The notes under the pieces are model-generated. The model ran no database searches. It was not told the DNA's origin and saw nothing but the letters and a program-made list of their open reading frames with translations. A stretch of DNA of 43,310 nucleotides from a virus (Duplodnaviria; Caudoviricetes). Both the position numbers and the translations under genes were made by a program. The stretch lies in the IMG/VR virus record IMGVR_UViG_3300049594_000171, positions 1 to 43,310 of that record; one strand, given 5' to 3'. This document shows positions 1 to 9,625 of the stretch, one piece after another. Numbering within the stretch: the first letter of the stretch is position 1; every line of letters begins with the position of its first letter.

Positions 1-178
1 AGAATACATTTTCGAGTCGCATTATTCACTTACCTCCGAGATTGAGCCTTGACCACGTTTAGAGTAACGTACCCTTTTTGAAAGCCTAAAGAAATTTCCT
101 GGACAATGAAAGTCATCTGGAATCATAGGCTCAATAATAGACTCTGCAGGCTTTTTACTTTCTTTGTGTTTAACTTTT

Positions 179-421
179 TTACTTATTTGGTTCATTTTGT
201 ACCTTTCGCCATTTAGCGCAGATAGATGAGAGCGTAAAAAGGATCTTGTTCTTTTTTACACAAAATTGATGACTCTTGATATATTTGCAATTACTACAGT
301 TACCACCTTCTTCGATGGCAGCTAGCTCTTTAGCTCTTTGTTTAACTCTTTCATCTGCAAACATACTCCTAGCAAATAGATGTTGTGCGAAGTTGTCATA
401 CGGAACCATTTGAAACCGCAT
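179..421 (-). CDS. small Cys-rich hypothetical protein
   Basis: 80-aa ORF, CxxC...C...C pattern, overlaps the upstream gene. Confidence 0.6.
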   Translation of the reverse strand: MRFQMVPYDNFAQHLFARSMFADERVKQRAKELAAIEEGGNCSNCKYIKSHQFCVKKNKILFTLSSICAKWRKVQNEPNK

Positions 422-1427
422 CCTTTGAAACCATATCCTTTGAAGCTGGACTATTTGAAACCGTATAGTCGAGACTCGTATTTGACATCAAGGACTCTTC
501 AGCCTTCGTAGCCTTCATACTCTGATCTGAAAGAAGGGTCAGATGATACTTATCACCTTTCTTACGAAGATTAAACTTTACATCTGGCCGATATCTGCCA
601 AGAATTGCTAACACAAAGCTGCGAACACCTGACAAGGTTTTCACATTCGTTTCACCTAAAGTTAATGCCAAGGTTTCTCCTACTTTGAGACTCATAATCT
701 TCTCTTGAGAGGCTTTAGCTTTTGGATTACAATACGAATCAGCCACTAGTGGACCTCTAAACACATTAGCCTCTCTGGGAGACTCTTTTCCATCAACAAT
801 TTTAACAACAATTTTAGAGTCCGCTCTCCTAGTCGTCCAGCACCTAAAACCGTTAACAGCTGGAAACTTTTGTCTAAGCTTGGAACAAACCTTAGATTGA
901 AGACTTGTAACCTCTGCGTAAGACTGCGGATTCCTGCAAGATGTTATGATGTAATAGCCAGGATCTGTTATCTTGTCCACCTGCTCTTTCACATTTTGTA
1001 TCTCCACCTCATCAACATTATTACGATCTCCTACTTTTCTTTCAACTCTTGGGACTTCTCTTATTTTAAAAGGATTTCCATAACAAACGTCAATAGTTGC
1101 AGATTGTCTTAGATTATCTGATTGATCGTTTTCTTCTTTCAGAGTACCAAGGTTTTCTGCAGGTTTCTCAGATGGTTTGACATCAGATGACTTTGGATCA
1201 GCAGGTTTAGTAGGTGGTTTAATAGCAGATGGCGGTTTAATAGATGGTGGTTCAGCAGGTTTAGTAGCAAAGGGCTTATTTAATGGCGGTGGCTTTATCT
1301 CCGAAACAGGTACAGGCGGTTTTGTATTCTTTTTTAATTTGTTATTTTTTAATTTATTCTTTTTAATTTTCTTATCTATTGCTTTAGTAGCCCATTCTAA
1401 CAAGAATTTAATGTCTTCTAATTTCAT
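396..1427 (-). CDS. hypothetical protein with Lys/Pro-rich N-terminus
   Basis: 343-aa ORF, GAGG RBS, KPP repeats followed by a globular region. Confidence 0.75.
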   Translation of the reverse strand: MKLEDIKFLLEWATKAIDKKIKKNKLKNNKLKKNTKPPVPVSEIKPPPLNKPFATKPAEPPSIKPPSAIKPPTKPADPKSSDVKPSEKPAENLGTLKEENDQSDNLRQSATIDVCYGNPFKIREVPRVERKVGDRNNVDEVEIQNVKEQVDKITDPGYYIITSCRNPQSYAEVTSLQSKVCSKLRQKFPAVNGFRCWTTRRADSKIVVKIVDGKESPREANVFRGPLVADSYCNPKAKASQEKIMSLKVGETLALTLGETNVKTLSGVRSFVLAILGRYRPDVKFNLRKKGDKYHLTLLSDQSMKATKAEESLMSNTSLDYTVSNSPASKDMVSKDAVSNGSV

Positions 1428-1708
1428 GACATCCTCTGTTAAATGCCCCTCAAACCGCGATTAGCAGTTCAAGGGGCAGGTCATCTTTCGACAACCGAGT
1501 TATCTTTCGATAACCAGATTACTTTGGCAAGTGTAATCAACTTGGATCTCATTAACGCTGAGCTTCGCCTTCGAAGGTATTAGCGTATACCTTAAACGGG
1601 TTCATAGAGAAAGGAAGAAACGCTATGAACACTTATCAATAGTCTTAGTCTATTATTCGCCGAAACGAGGAAACAGACAGGCCACTACTCTAGCCTATGG
1701 TTTTGATA

Positions 1709-2326
1709 TTATCCCTTAGCAGCTTCAGCAGCAGCTTTTGCAGCTTCAGCAGCAGCTTTTGCAGCCTCACGAGCAGCAGCTTGCTTAGCACGAGCTTCAG
1801 CCAGCTTCTCCAGAGTGTTAGCAGGCATCTGACGCTTCTCTACACCTGCTTCGTAGCATGCATTAATAGCTTCTTCATTAGCAACAATAAACTTTACGAG
1901 GTCAGCATTACCTTCAGTGAGAACCATAAGCTTCTCGCTCACTGCAGCAGCCTTCTCTTCCGGCTCAAGACGCTTAACCGTGGGCCAACGGAAGCTATTC
2001 TTGACAGCTTCAACGTTTTCGATGACAAATGCGAAAGCCTTGTCACCGTTAGCAACGATTGCATCGAGAGCTGCACCCAATTTCTTGTGTTCAGCCTTGG
2101 AGACGCGACGAATAGTACCGGTCTCCAGCGCCACACCAATCTCTTCCTGCTTCGCCATTAGCCAATCAGACAGCTCCTTGTTCTTGCCAGTCAGGGTCAT
2201 AAACGCTTCGTGCACCAGCGGAGCACGCAGATGCGTTTGAGCTTCTTTCTTAGTGGCAAATACTTTACCATCGGGAGTAACGAAACCGGATTGAATGGAG
2301 GCGGAGGTGGTATTGGTAGTAGTCAT
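1709..2326 (-). CDS. hypothetical protein with Ala/Lys-rich C-terminal tail
   Basis: 205-aa ORF downstream of both promoter-like motifs; AAREAAKAAAEAAKAAAEAAKG tail. Confidence 0.85.
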   Translation of the reverse strand: MTTTNTTSASIQSGFVTPDGKVFATKKEAQTHLRAPLVHEAFMTLTGKNKELSDWLMAKQEEIGVALETGTIRRVSKAEHKKLGAALDAIVANGDKAFAFVIENVEAVKNSFRWPTVKRLEPEEKAAAVSEKLMVLTEGNADLVKFIVANEEAINACYEAGVEKRQMPANTLEKLAEARAKQAAAREAAKAAAEAAKAAAEAAKG

Positions 2327-2372
2327 ATTACATTTTCCTTTTGAGATTAAATTATGCTCACATCATTATGAG

Positions 2373-2398
2373 CATATAAGATACCCGATAGACCGCTC
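2373..2398 (-). promoter_or_regulatory. putative phage promoter, motif A (CG-N9-GYATCTTATAT)
   Basis: One of four co-oriented intergenic copies (2373, 10365, 33885, 35420). Confidence 0.65.
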
Positions 2399-2462
2399 GG
2401 ATAATACGGATGTCGCATTTGATCTGCTGCGACATACAGCAGCCCTTCAAGATTTTCAATCT

Positions 2463-2477
2463 TTAATTTAACGGGTT
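2463..2477 (-). promoter_or_regulatory. motif B AACCCGTTAAATTAA
   Basis: Exact 15-mer also at 25866 (-) and 35541 (+), always intergenic and co-oriented with downstream genes. Confidence 0.55.
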
Positions 2478-2730
2478 CCAGGCTTAAACCCGTTACTGCC
2501 TATTTACGCGGTACTGCAAGGTTTCGCAAAAATCGACCAAGGACACCCACGGAGGGCGCGAGGTTTGGCCGCTGCGGGCCGTTTGGAGGGTAGCTGATAG
2601 CTCACCCATGCCGTCATTTTGGGTCGCGCCTTGGGGCGGTTTTGGGCCGACTTTCGCGTTCCCTTGCCGTTCATGGAACTCCGGGATGCCAGTTTCGCCG
2701 GATATTTACGATAACGTTAATTTTAGTACT

Positions 2731-2943
2731 TCATAGAAAGATCTCCTCAAAGTCATGTCCATAGTGGTCACGAATATTAGCAAGCGCTTGCTGCGCGTCG
2801 ACATTACCCTGTTCTGCGAGTTTCACAACAGTCGTGTATAACATCCTACTAACGTGATGATAAATCTCAGAGATTGACTCAAGATGTTCTATATGTTGTC
2901 TAGCACATCTCAGTGAATCAGCGGTTTCTTGATAAATGTTCAT
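2731..2943 (-). CDS. hypothetical protein
   Basis: 70-aa ORF in a tightly packed operon, GAGG RBS. Confidence 0.65.
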   Translation of the reverse strand: MNIYQETADSLRCARQHIEHLESISEIYHHVSRMLYTTVVKLAEQGNVDAQQALANIRDHYGHDFEEIFL

Positions 2944-2944
2944 T

Positions 2945-3244
2945 TCATCCTCTTGAGTTCATTAGATAAAACGCATAACTTTGCTCTTCTGATAATTTGG
3001 TTGCATGATCTAGAATGATAACTGGGCAACGCAAACCGCGACAACTATCACCGAGCCACGAAGGAGGCCTTACACGTATATCAGACCTGCCTAAAGAATG
3101 GCACAATCTCTTTGTGTAATTTATACTGTAAGAGCCACAGCAGATATAAACAGCGTTCAAAGGCGCTGCTAATAACTGCCTAGTAGTTCTTCCTGAGCCT
3201 CTCTTGCCCTCCAGCACTTTAACCTCCAACAGCTTAGACTCCAA
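2945..3244 (-). CDS. small P-loop-like protein
   Basis: GKRGSGRTT Walker A-like and IILDH Walker B-like motifs in 99 aa. Confidence 0.55.
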   Translation of the reverse strand: MESKLLEVKVLEGKRGSGRTTRQLLAAPLNAVYICCGSYSINYTKRLCHSLGRSDIRVRPPSWLGDSCRGLRCPVIILDHATKLSEEQSYAFYLMNSRG

Positions 3245-3452
3245 TAGGCAAAACCTTAGTCTTAGTCCTTACTTCATCAATCGCTGCATTCAAGCTCTGA
3301 AGGGCTTGTACGTAACGATCATCGGCAGCTTTCAGATTAGATTCAGCTTTCTCGTATTGTGTCTGAGCTGCTTTCAAACCCTTTGCTGCATTCTCAATCT
3401 CTTCTTGTGCCAAGCTAAGTGAATTCTGTTTTACTTCTTTAGATATTGCCAT
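3234..3452 (-). CDS. coiled-coil hypothetical protein
   Basis: 72-aa helical heptad-like ORF with RBS. Confidence 0.7.
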   Translation of the reverse strand: MAISKEVKQNSLSLAQEEIENAAKGLKAAQTQYEKAESNLKAADDRYVQALQSLNAAIDEVRTKTKVLPIGV

Positions 3453-3453
3453 T

Positions 3454-3789
3454 TTAGTCCTCTTGTACGATTATAGATTCAGCTGCATCACATCGAGTAA
3501 AGATATACTCGGTCTTATTTGTGTGTTTATTGTAAAGCCACAATCCTGCATAACCACCATTAAGTGCTATTAAGAGCTGTTCCTCTTTGAACTTTAATTC
3601 AGCTTCAAGTTGGTAGATCCTTTCTTCAGTAGTTTGTGTTGAAACACTTTTACTTAACACAAAAGATGAAGCCAGAAATAGCAAGATATACAACATAGTT
3701 AGTAGAATATAACGATAACTTATCTTCAAGCTTATTCGATTTGGCCAGAACATTCCATATCTTAAACGTAGTTGTGTGTAGGTTAACAT
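3454..3789 (-). CDS. membrane-anchored hypothetical protein
   Basis: Hydrophobic segment YILLTMLYILLFLASSFVL; GGAGG RBS. Confidence 0.7.
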   Translation of the reverse strand: MLTYTQLRLRYGMFWPNRISLKISYRYILLTMLYILLFLASSFVLSKSVSTQTTEERIYQLEAELKFKEEQLLIALNGGYAGLWLYNKHTNKTEYIFTRCDAAESIIVQED

Positions 3790-3805
3790 TATATCCTCCT
3801 AAATA

Positions 3806-4141
3806 TTAAAGGTACACGATATTCTTTCCTGCTCGGTAAGCGTGAACGATTAAATTTTTGAAATCGAGAAAGCGTTCTTCTACGTACCTGTCATCGATTC
3901 CAATGTCTACAATTACACCATAGTCATTCGGCATTCTGGTGAATTTTAGAAATGCACGATACTCTAAACGTTCTACAATCTCCTCATAGATTTCTTGCAT
4001 CCGCTCAACTGACCACTCCCCACAAGAATAGTGAGCATCAAAGTCTGGATCTAGATTTCTCAAGAACACGAATGCATTATGATTGCTCATGTTAATTTCT
4101 AGATCTCCTGGACAACCATCGAATGTAAATGTTATAGACAT
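3806..4141 (-). CDS. hypothetical protein
   Basis: 111-aa ORF in operon. Confidence 0.7.
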   Translation of the reverse strand: MSITFTFDGCPGDLEINMSNHNAFVFLRNLDPDFDAHYSCGEWSVERMQEIYEEIVERLEYRAFLKFTRMPNDYGVIVDIGIDDRYVEERFLDFKNLIVHAYRAGKNIVYL

Positions 4142-4144
4142 AAG

Positions 4145-4663
4145 TCACCCGTTTAGAAGCTTAACCATATGTAATGCTTGGCTTTTAGCATCATCTAGCG
4201 CGTTATGTTTGGTACCTTTTACCTCGTATGGAGTTTTAGGATACATTGCCTTAAAGGTTCTGAAACAACGATCATTCCAATACTCCCATGGAAGCTGCAG
4301 TCTATTTCTTTCGTAGGCCGACTTTAGAATTACGTTATCGAAACTGCATCCGTTTCCCCATACTTTCAGATCCTTTCGATTACACACTAACCCTGCAAAG
4401 ATTTGAAACTCCATTAGCGCAAGCATCTCAGAGACAGACTTCGTACCTTTCTTGAAGATATCTCTGGCTGCACTGCTTTGTTGCATCCACCATTTTACTG
4501 TGCTTGGACTGATTGAGCCTTTTGCCTTCTCAGGATCAATGATCAGATAAAATTCTTTACCTAGTCCGTCTTTTCCAAAGGAAACAGCTCCAATCGCAAC
4601 AATCATCGCATCATAACCATTACCTAGAGTTTCGATGTCGAGCATGCAATTTGTATGGTTCAT
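4145..4663 (-). CDS. DEDDh 3'-5' exo(ribo)nuclease, Rv2179c/DUF5051-like
   Basis: MLDIETLG, WGNGCSFD and HNALDDA motifs. Confidence 0.88.
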   Translation of the reverse strand: MNHTNCMLDIETLGNGYDAMIVAIGAVSFGKDGLGKEFYLIIDPEKAKGSISPSTVKWWMQQSSAARDIFKKGTKSVSEMLALMEFQIFAGLVCNRKDLKVWGNGCSFDNVILKSAYERNRLQLPWEYWNDRCFRTFKAMYPKTPYEVKGTKHNALDDAKSQALHMVKLLNG

Positions 4664-4891
4664 CTATTTATTCCTATTTTCAATTTTATTCAAAATATCC
4701 ACAGCAATATTATGCCAAGCAATAGCACTAATAAAACCATTGTCGTTCTCTGGTTCTGGTGGTTTCGTGTGAGAAATCTGTTCTGCATAATGACGAATAG
4801 CCTCTATAATAAATACTTGACACAAAGCGCCATGAGGTGAATAGTTCATGAGCCACTTTACAAACTCTATGTTAGTTTTCATTTTAGTCAC
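4664..4891 (-). CDS. hypothetical protein
   Basis: 75-aa ORF abutting the next gene. Confidence 0.6.
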   Translation of the reverse strand: MTKMKTNIEFVKWLMNYSPHGALCQVFIIEAIRHYAEQISHTKPPEPENDNGFISAIAWHNIAVDILNKIENRNK

Positions 4892-4904
4892 CTTGATGTT
4901 ACCC

Positions 4905-5114
4905 TCATCTAACGCTTCCGACCTTTAAGCCTAAAAGATCTAACATGCAGTTTGTACAGTAATGAACTTCTCTTACTATAACGTCGTTTTCAATATTATT
5001 TCCAATAAGACCACCGCCGTTTAAATATAATATATTACCCAGAATAGCGTATCCTGTTTTTGGATCTGTAATATGTTTTTCGCACCTGTCACATTTCCAA
5101 GACTCAACTTTCAT
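4905..5114 (-). CDS. small zinc-binding protein
   Basis: CDRC and HYCTNC motifs. Confidence 0.7.
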   Translation of the reverse strand: MKVESWKCDRCEKHITDPKTGYAILGNILYLNGGGLIGNNIENDVIVREVHYCTNCMLDLLGLKVGSVR

Positions 5115-5322
5115 CTTTAATTATCCTTTCACTATTCGTTTGTTTGGAACATTCATCTTCTCTGTACTCATGGTACATACAACTACAGCGGATAAGGTTA
5201 ATAGAGTGACAATATTTGTGCCTACAGGTAACACAAGATTGCTCAGGTCGTAATACAGATAGATCTGTTTCAACTAATGATGGAAATCTTTTTAAGATAT
5301 CCTCTATTATTTCGTTTTTCAT
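5104..5322 (-). CDS. small Cys-rich hypothetical protein
   Basis: CVTC...C...C, coupled overlaps with neighbours. Confidence 0.6.
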   Translation of the reverse strand: MKNEIIEDILKRFPSLVETDLSVLRPEQSCVTCRHKYCHSINLIRCSCMYHEYREDECSKQTNSERIIKDES

Positions 5323-5738
5323 TTATAATTAATCTCATTAATGATAATTGTTGACACAGTTCCTACTTTCCACATTCTATCTAAAACCTCTGCTCTGTGG
5401 ATGACTGCTCGTATTTCTTTTGAATTATCTGTCTTCGAATATTCTTCGACTACCTCGTACTTAGATTGCACAAGTGCACCATTTCTTTGTGTTCTTCTGA
5501 AATACTCAATCTTGCAAGTTTTAGTACCTTTACTACGCTTGAACTTACCATTGTTAAACGTTCCGTACTTGGCACATAAAATATTGACCACCCTTAACGG
5601 TCCATTTTCAGTCTTCCTTGTATACGGGATCTCCAAAGAAGAGACAACCAGAAGCTCACCTGTTTTGCTATCTCTTAAGATATCTCCAACGCGAGGCCAG
5701 CAGTTTGCTTTGCTCGGTATGAACATCCGATGTGTCAT
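5319..5738 (-). CDS. hypothetical protein
   Basis: 139-aa ORF with ATGA-type overlaps. Confidence 0.7.
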   Translation of the reverse strand: MTHRMFIPSKANCWPRVGDILRDSKTGELLVVSSLEIPYTRKTENGPLRVVNILCAKYGTFNNGKFKRSKGTKTCKIEYFRRTQRNGALVQSKYEVVEEYSKTDNSKEIRAVIHRAEVLDRMWKVGTVSTIIINEINYK

Positions 5739-5901
5739 TTTAGCTGTCCACAGATCCCTGCATACTCTCTCTGTGTTTGTACGTATTCATTCAACAAACG
5801 TACTAGATCGTCTTTAGAGAGCTCTTCCAGATCCTCGTGATTAATAATGGCATTCAGCTCCTCGAAGAACATGTATAAGTTAAATCCCATAATAAGTATC
5901 C

Positions 5902-6147
5902 TTATCTAAATGTATTGTTGTAGAGGATGCTTCTTGCAGCCTGTAAACTATTCCAAGCCTCTATACGAGCTGCAATCGCTTCACTGTGTAGTATTTTCAA
6001 GATTCTCGGACTTTCACCTTCGTGTTTAAGTAGTCTGTCTTTCAGAAGCTTTACGTAGGATCTAGCCACCCTATATCTTATAATAAGATTATAGACAATA
6101 GCCCTTGCGGGCTCATGTCTAAACCTCGAGAGATCAACTTCTGTCAT
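5902..6147 (-). CDS. hypothetical protein
   Basis: 81-aa ORF with AAGG RBS. Confidence 0.65.
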   Translation of the reverse strand: MTEVDLSRFRHEPARAIVYNLIIRYRVARSYVKLLKDRLLKHEGESPRILKILHSEAIAARIEAWNSLQAARSILYNNTFR

Positions 6148-6159
6148 TATCTTTCCTTG

Positions 6160-7125
6160 CTACTCGAATATATCGTCAATTAACTTAGCGAGATAGGTTG
6201 CATCTACTTTTCCCTGTACATCTCGAAGCTCTGCAATTAAGTGTAACATATACGTTGAATCGACGCCTAGGAGTTGCTCTTGTAGGACGTCCCTGTCATT
6301 CAAATCAATCTCAGATATTTGCCAAAGAATCTTCAGCATTTGACCTGCTGTAATCCTCCAGCCTCTCTCGATGAACTTACGAGTCCGAAACACAGAGGCT
6401 AGAGGATACAGACTACCGCGATAAATGAGTGTCTTCGACAACAATGCTTCCAAAGCTTCTGCAGGTAATGTTAGTGAGTCCTTCGCGTAGTCATAATAAC
6501 ACGTAGCGTGCACATAATCAAAATTCTTATGGATTTGCTCAGGCTCTCCATAGAATCGTGTTATCAATTGTAACTTATCAGAGAGTGTAACGGCATTCTG
6601 AGAAAGAAACACAGGACGATATTTGTCCTTCTTATCAGACTTAAGAGTTTCTGCGAGTGACGCTGTTTCTTCTAAAGAGAGACTTTCAATAAAAGAGCTT
6701 GCAGTTGATTCACTACATCCTTCAAAGTATTGATACTCTTCTTGTTGTGTACCGACGGCTCCTGCTGATTGAATCCAAATAGTGACACGTTCCTCTTCTT
6801 CACCCTTGATATTTTTCTTTGTCTCCAGCCTAACTTCCGGATTAATGCTCCTAGATACGCCATTCTTAGCGTCTGCTTCGTTGATAAATCGTTTACAATA
6901 GTGCTTTGCGACCAATACTGCACTGGCTTTGTTTCGGAAGTAGATGTCATAGTCATTAATTTTTTCTCCAAGTAACATTGAAGGGATACAACCACCTGTT
7001 ACAATGATATTTTCAGATATATCCGCACGCAAACCTTCGGGCAGTGTTTTGAGCCAATCCTCAATCTTGTTACGAATTAGCATCTTAATCGTAGAACGCT
7101 TCATACCTTTTTCAGCGAGACTCAT
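6160..7125 (-). CDS. Pol-beta superfamily nucleotidyltransferase-like protein
   Basis: TGGCIPS...NDYDIYF (GG...DxD) signature followed by an NFDY motif. Confidence 0.7.
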   Translation of the reverse strand: MSLAEKGMKRSTIKMLIRNKIEDWLKTLPEGLRADISENIIVTGGCIPSMLLGEKINDYDIYFRNKASAVLVAKHYCKRFINEADAKNGVSRSINPEVRLETKKNIKGEEEERVTIWIQSAGAVGTQQEEYQYFEGCSESTASSFIESLSLEETASLAETLKSDKKDKYRPVFLSQNAVTLSDKLQLITRFYGEPEQIHKNFDYVHATCYYDYAKDSLTLPAEALEALLSKTLIYRGSLYPLASVFRTRKFIERGWRITAGQMLKILWQISEIDLNDRDVLQEQLLGVDSTYMLHLIAELRDVQGKVDATYLAKLIDDIFE

Positions 7126-7297
7126 GTATCTTTACTCCGTTAATGTAACCTACTTTATCTTGAGTACGAACTTGTGCGTATGGCTTTATTTTGAAATTAA
7201 TACACATATGCGGTTTGCTAAAGAAATACAAGCAATGTTGTGCAGTTGATTTGTAATAGTGATATGTACAATTTAAACAATCAGGTCCGCCCATCAA
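7112..7297 (-). CDS. small Cys-rich protein
   Basis: CLNC...QHC...CINFK; GGAGG RBS. Confidence 0.6.
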   Translation of the reverse strand: MMGGPDCLNCTYHYYKSTAQHCLYFFSKPHMCINFKIKPYAQVRTQDKVGYINGVKIHESR

Positions 7298-7390
7298 ATC
7301 CTCCTTTTAAATACCTTGCATACTATAGGCTTTCTATAGTGTTGTAAGCAATGTTGATGCGTAGCTACTACGAATCGCAAGGCACATTCT

Positions 7391-8320
7391 TCACATATCG
7401 GTTTTGCTCCTCCACCCAACAAACCTGGGGAATCTTGGCTTGTCTTTAACACCGTGGGCGAAGAAGCGGAACTTCGCGATTTTTCCGAGGTACTCATTTG
7501 GGTTGTCCCATATACGTTGTCTTTCATCATGCTTAAGTGCACCTGGAGATAACTTAAGCTCTTGTCCATCATAGTCCACAATTAAGCGACCTAATGTGTC
7601 AGAGCCTATTAGACCAGCCTTAGCTGTGGATCTTTTTGCATAACCCTGCGCATCCGTTTCCAAGACATTCTCATTGCGCTGAGCTTCTTCCAAGCCTGTA
7701 ACAACTGCTTCAGCATCTTGAAAACGCTTTAGCTTGTAAATCAGACCTTCATTTACAGTTGCTCTCCCGTGTTTATATCGACCTTTAGGATCACGAAGCA
7801 TAATACCCTCATAACCCGCAGCTAGACAGAGACTTTCATACGCTAACAAGTCTTCCAGCGTATATACCAATTTATGTTCGATAATTGAAGTAGCTGCAAA
7901 TTTCGGTAGTGTAAGTTCCGTTTGATACTCCTTCAGGAGTCTTTCAGCGTGCATTAGGCGATAATCAAACGGCTCATTGCGAATACTTTCATCTGCACAA
8001 TCAAATACACGAAAATGCATTTTAAAATCTACAGGCTCTTTATCTATTGACATTATGTACGAGTATGTACGTAGATAGACATCGAAGTCAGTTTCATTTC
8101 CAATTATAATTTCTCCATCTAACTCTGAGAACAGGGAGAACGCTGTTTGTGCCCAGATAGACGGGATATCAAGATTAGTCCTACTTTTACACGAGCAATC
8201 TTTGATTGTTACACGAATACCATCTAACTTCGGAGACACAAGTAGTGGATACTTCAAACGACTCCAATATTCAGAATCTTTGAGCGGGTCATTATTTGGT
8301 GCGAGTAGTGGTTTAAACAT
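7391..8320 (-). CDS. ATP-dependent DNA ligase
   Basis: KLDG motif I, LDGE, VFD, EGIMLR, KLKRF and RFPRF. Confidence 0.95.
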   Translation of the reverse strand: MFKPLLAPNNDPLKDSEYWSRLKYPLLVSPKLDGIRVTIKDCSCKSRTNLDIPSIWAQTAFSLFSELDGEIIIGNETDFDVYLRTYSYIMSIDKEPVDFKMHFRVFDCADESIRNEPFDYRLMHAERLLKEYQTELTLPKFAATSIIEHKLVYTLEDLLAYESLCLAAGYEGIMLRDPKGRYKHGRATVNEGLIYKLKRFQDAEAVVTGLEEAQRNENVLETDAQGYAKRSTAKAGLIGSDTLGRLIVDYDGQELKLSPGALKHDERQRIWDNPNEYLGKIAKFRFFAHGVKDKPRFPRFVGWRSKTDM

Positions 8321-8331
8321 TAGAAAGTCCT

Positions 8332-8772
8332 TTAATCATTACACACAATTTCATATTTCTTAGTTGAAACCTTTTGGTATTCGATGTTTTCACCTATGAG
8401 TATCTTCTTACAAGTACCGGGTGAATCTTCATCGGGTGATACATAAAGCGTAACAGTGAGTTCTAATGAGTCTATGACCAATCCGAATACTCTGGAACCG
8501 CTTTCTTCATCATCGCGCGACTTAAATTCACCACCTAAAGTTGTTTCAAAAAATTCCAAAGCGGGTAAAATATCCTTCATAGAGTTTACTTTATAATAGA
8601 TACTTACGTATATATTATTCTTAGAATAAAGAGCAAGATGAGAACTGAGTTCATACTCTTTTGGTCTATTCTCGATTTGCAGTATAACCTGCTCATTCTT
8701 TCTTAATTGATAATTTAATTCGTCTATCTTTGTCTTATGGTAAGTTACACTATCTTTAAAATAATTTAGCAT
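8332..8772 (-). CDS. hypothetical protein
   Basis: 146-aa ORF in operon. Confidence 0.7.
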   Translation of the reverse strand: MLNYFKDSVTYHKTKIDELNYQLRKNEQVILQIENRPKEYELSSHLALYSKNNIYVSIYYKVNSMKDILPALEFFETTLGGEFKSRDDEESGSRVFGLVIDSLELTVTLYVSPDEDSPGTCKKILIGENIEYQKVSTKKYEIVCND

Positions 8773-9108
8773 TTAACGACCCTCGTTAATGAATTTCACA
8801 AGATTCAAAAATACTTCTTTTCTAGCTACTGCATTTAGTTTGTTAAAATAATCACTATCGAAGATTAGATAGAGTGATAATGGAATATTGACATCACAGG
8901 TTAATACCAAGTCTTCTACACCATTTCCGTCTGCTTTGATTACTTCAAACACAACTTCTTCTATTCTGGCAAAGTTTCGATCACACTCTTCTGCGTCTAA
9001 CAGCCTAATATTCTTTACGAAGTTATAATCAATTAATGCAATTTGCTTATTTCTGCAACGTGCAACCTTCTCTATATCTTCATGTGTTCCATGCATTGTG
9101 CCTACCAT
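8773..9108 (-). CDS. hypothetical protein
   Basis: 111-aa ORF, GGAG RBS. Confidence 0.7.
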   Translation of the reverse strand: MVGTMHGTHEDIEKVARCRNKQIALIDYNFVKNIRLLDAEECDRNFARIEEVVFEVIKADGNGVEDLVLTCDVNIPLSLYLIFDSDYFNKLNAVARKEVFLNLVKFINEGR

Positions 9109-9119
9109 TTCTTAATCTC

Positions 9120-9395
9120 CTAGATTGATTCACTGCAACCATAAGATTCATCAACACCAAAACCTGCTGATGCCAGTCCAGTCTCTAAATCACCGTCCAT
9201 TGAGTCATCAAAATCATCTCGAGGCTCTATAATATTATTTGGGAATGCATCGTATAAAATTGTTCGTAATTCACTGACATGATCAGCAAGATGTGATACT
9301 TCTGCAATATTACTGTCCTGAAACGACAGACCATCTAGAATACCGACAAGACCATCATACACGGATTGGATTGCAATTTCTTGAATTTGGTTCAT
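9120..9395 (-). CDS. acidic hypothetical protein
   Basis: 91-aa ORF with conserved-looking DGD...LASAGFG.DE.YG tail. Confidence 0.75.
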   Translation of the reverse strand: MNQIQEIAIQSVYDGLVGILDGLSFQDSNIAEVSHLADHVSELRTILYDAFPNNIIEPRDDFDDSMDGDLETGLASAGFGVDESYGCSESI

Positions 9396-9625
9396 TAGAG
9401 TGTCTCCTGTGATTTATCCTCAAGTACTTCCACTTCAGTTACTGGGCTAATTACCGTCCTGAAAGCTTTTACAACTTCTAACACAGTGTAGACTGTTCCT
9501 GGACTTTTCGCAGCTAATCTTGTAGCTTCTTTTTCAGCAGATTCTATTGTTTTATGTTGTACGTTGGTGGAGGAGGAATCGTGATGAACCATCCAATATT
9601 TTACAACTGACATTTTATCTCCCAT
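9395..9625 (-). CDS. hypothetical protein, paralog of 9625-9807
   Basis: Shared KYW, H.T...A...A, P....LE and ETL C-terminus. Confidence 0.75.
   Translation of the reverse strand: MGDKMSVVKYWMVHHDSSSTNVQHKTIESAEKEATRLAAKSPGTVYTVLEVVKAFRTVISPVTEVEVLEDKSQETL

Noticed and set aside
1483-1515. Short direct repeat ATCTTTCGAYAACC x2
   Set aside because: Only two copies and not seen elsewhere; possible operator but unsupported
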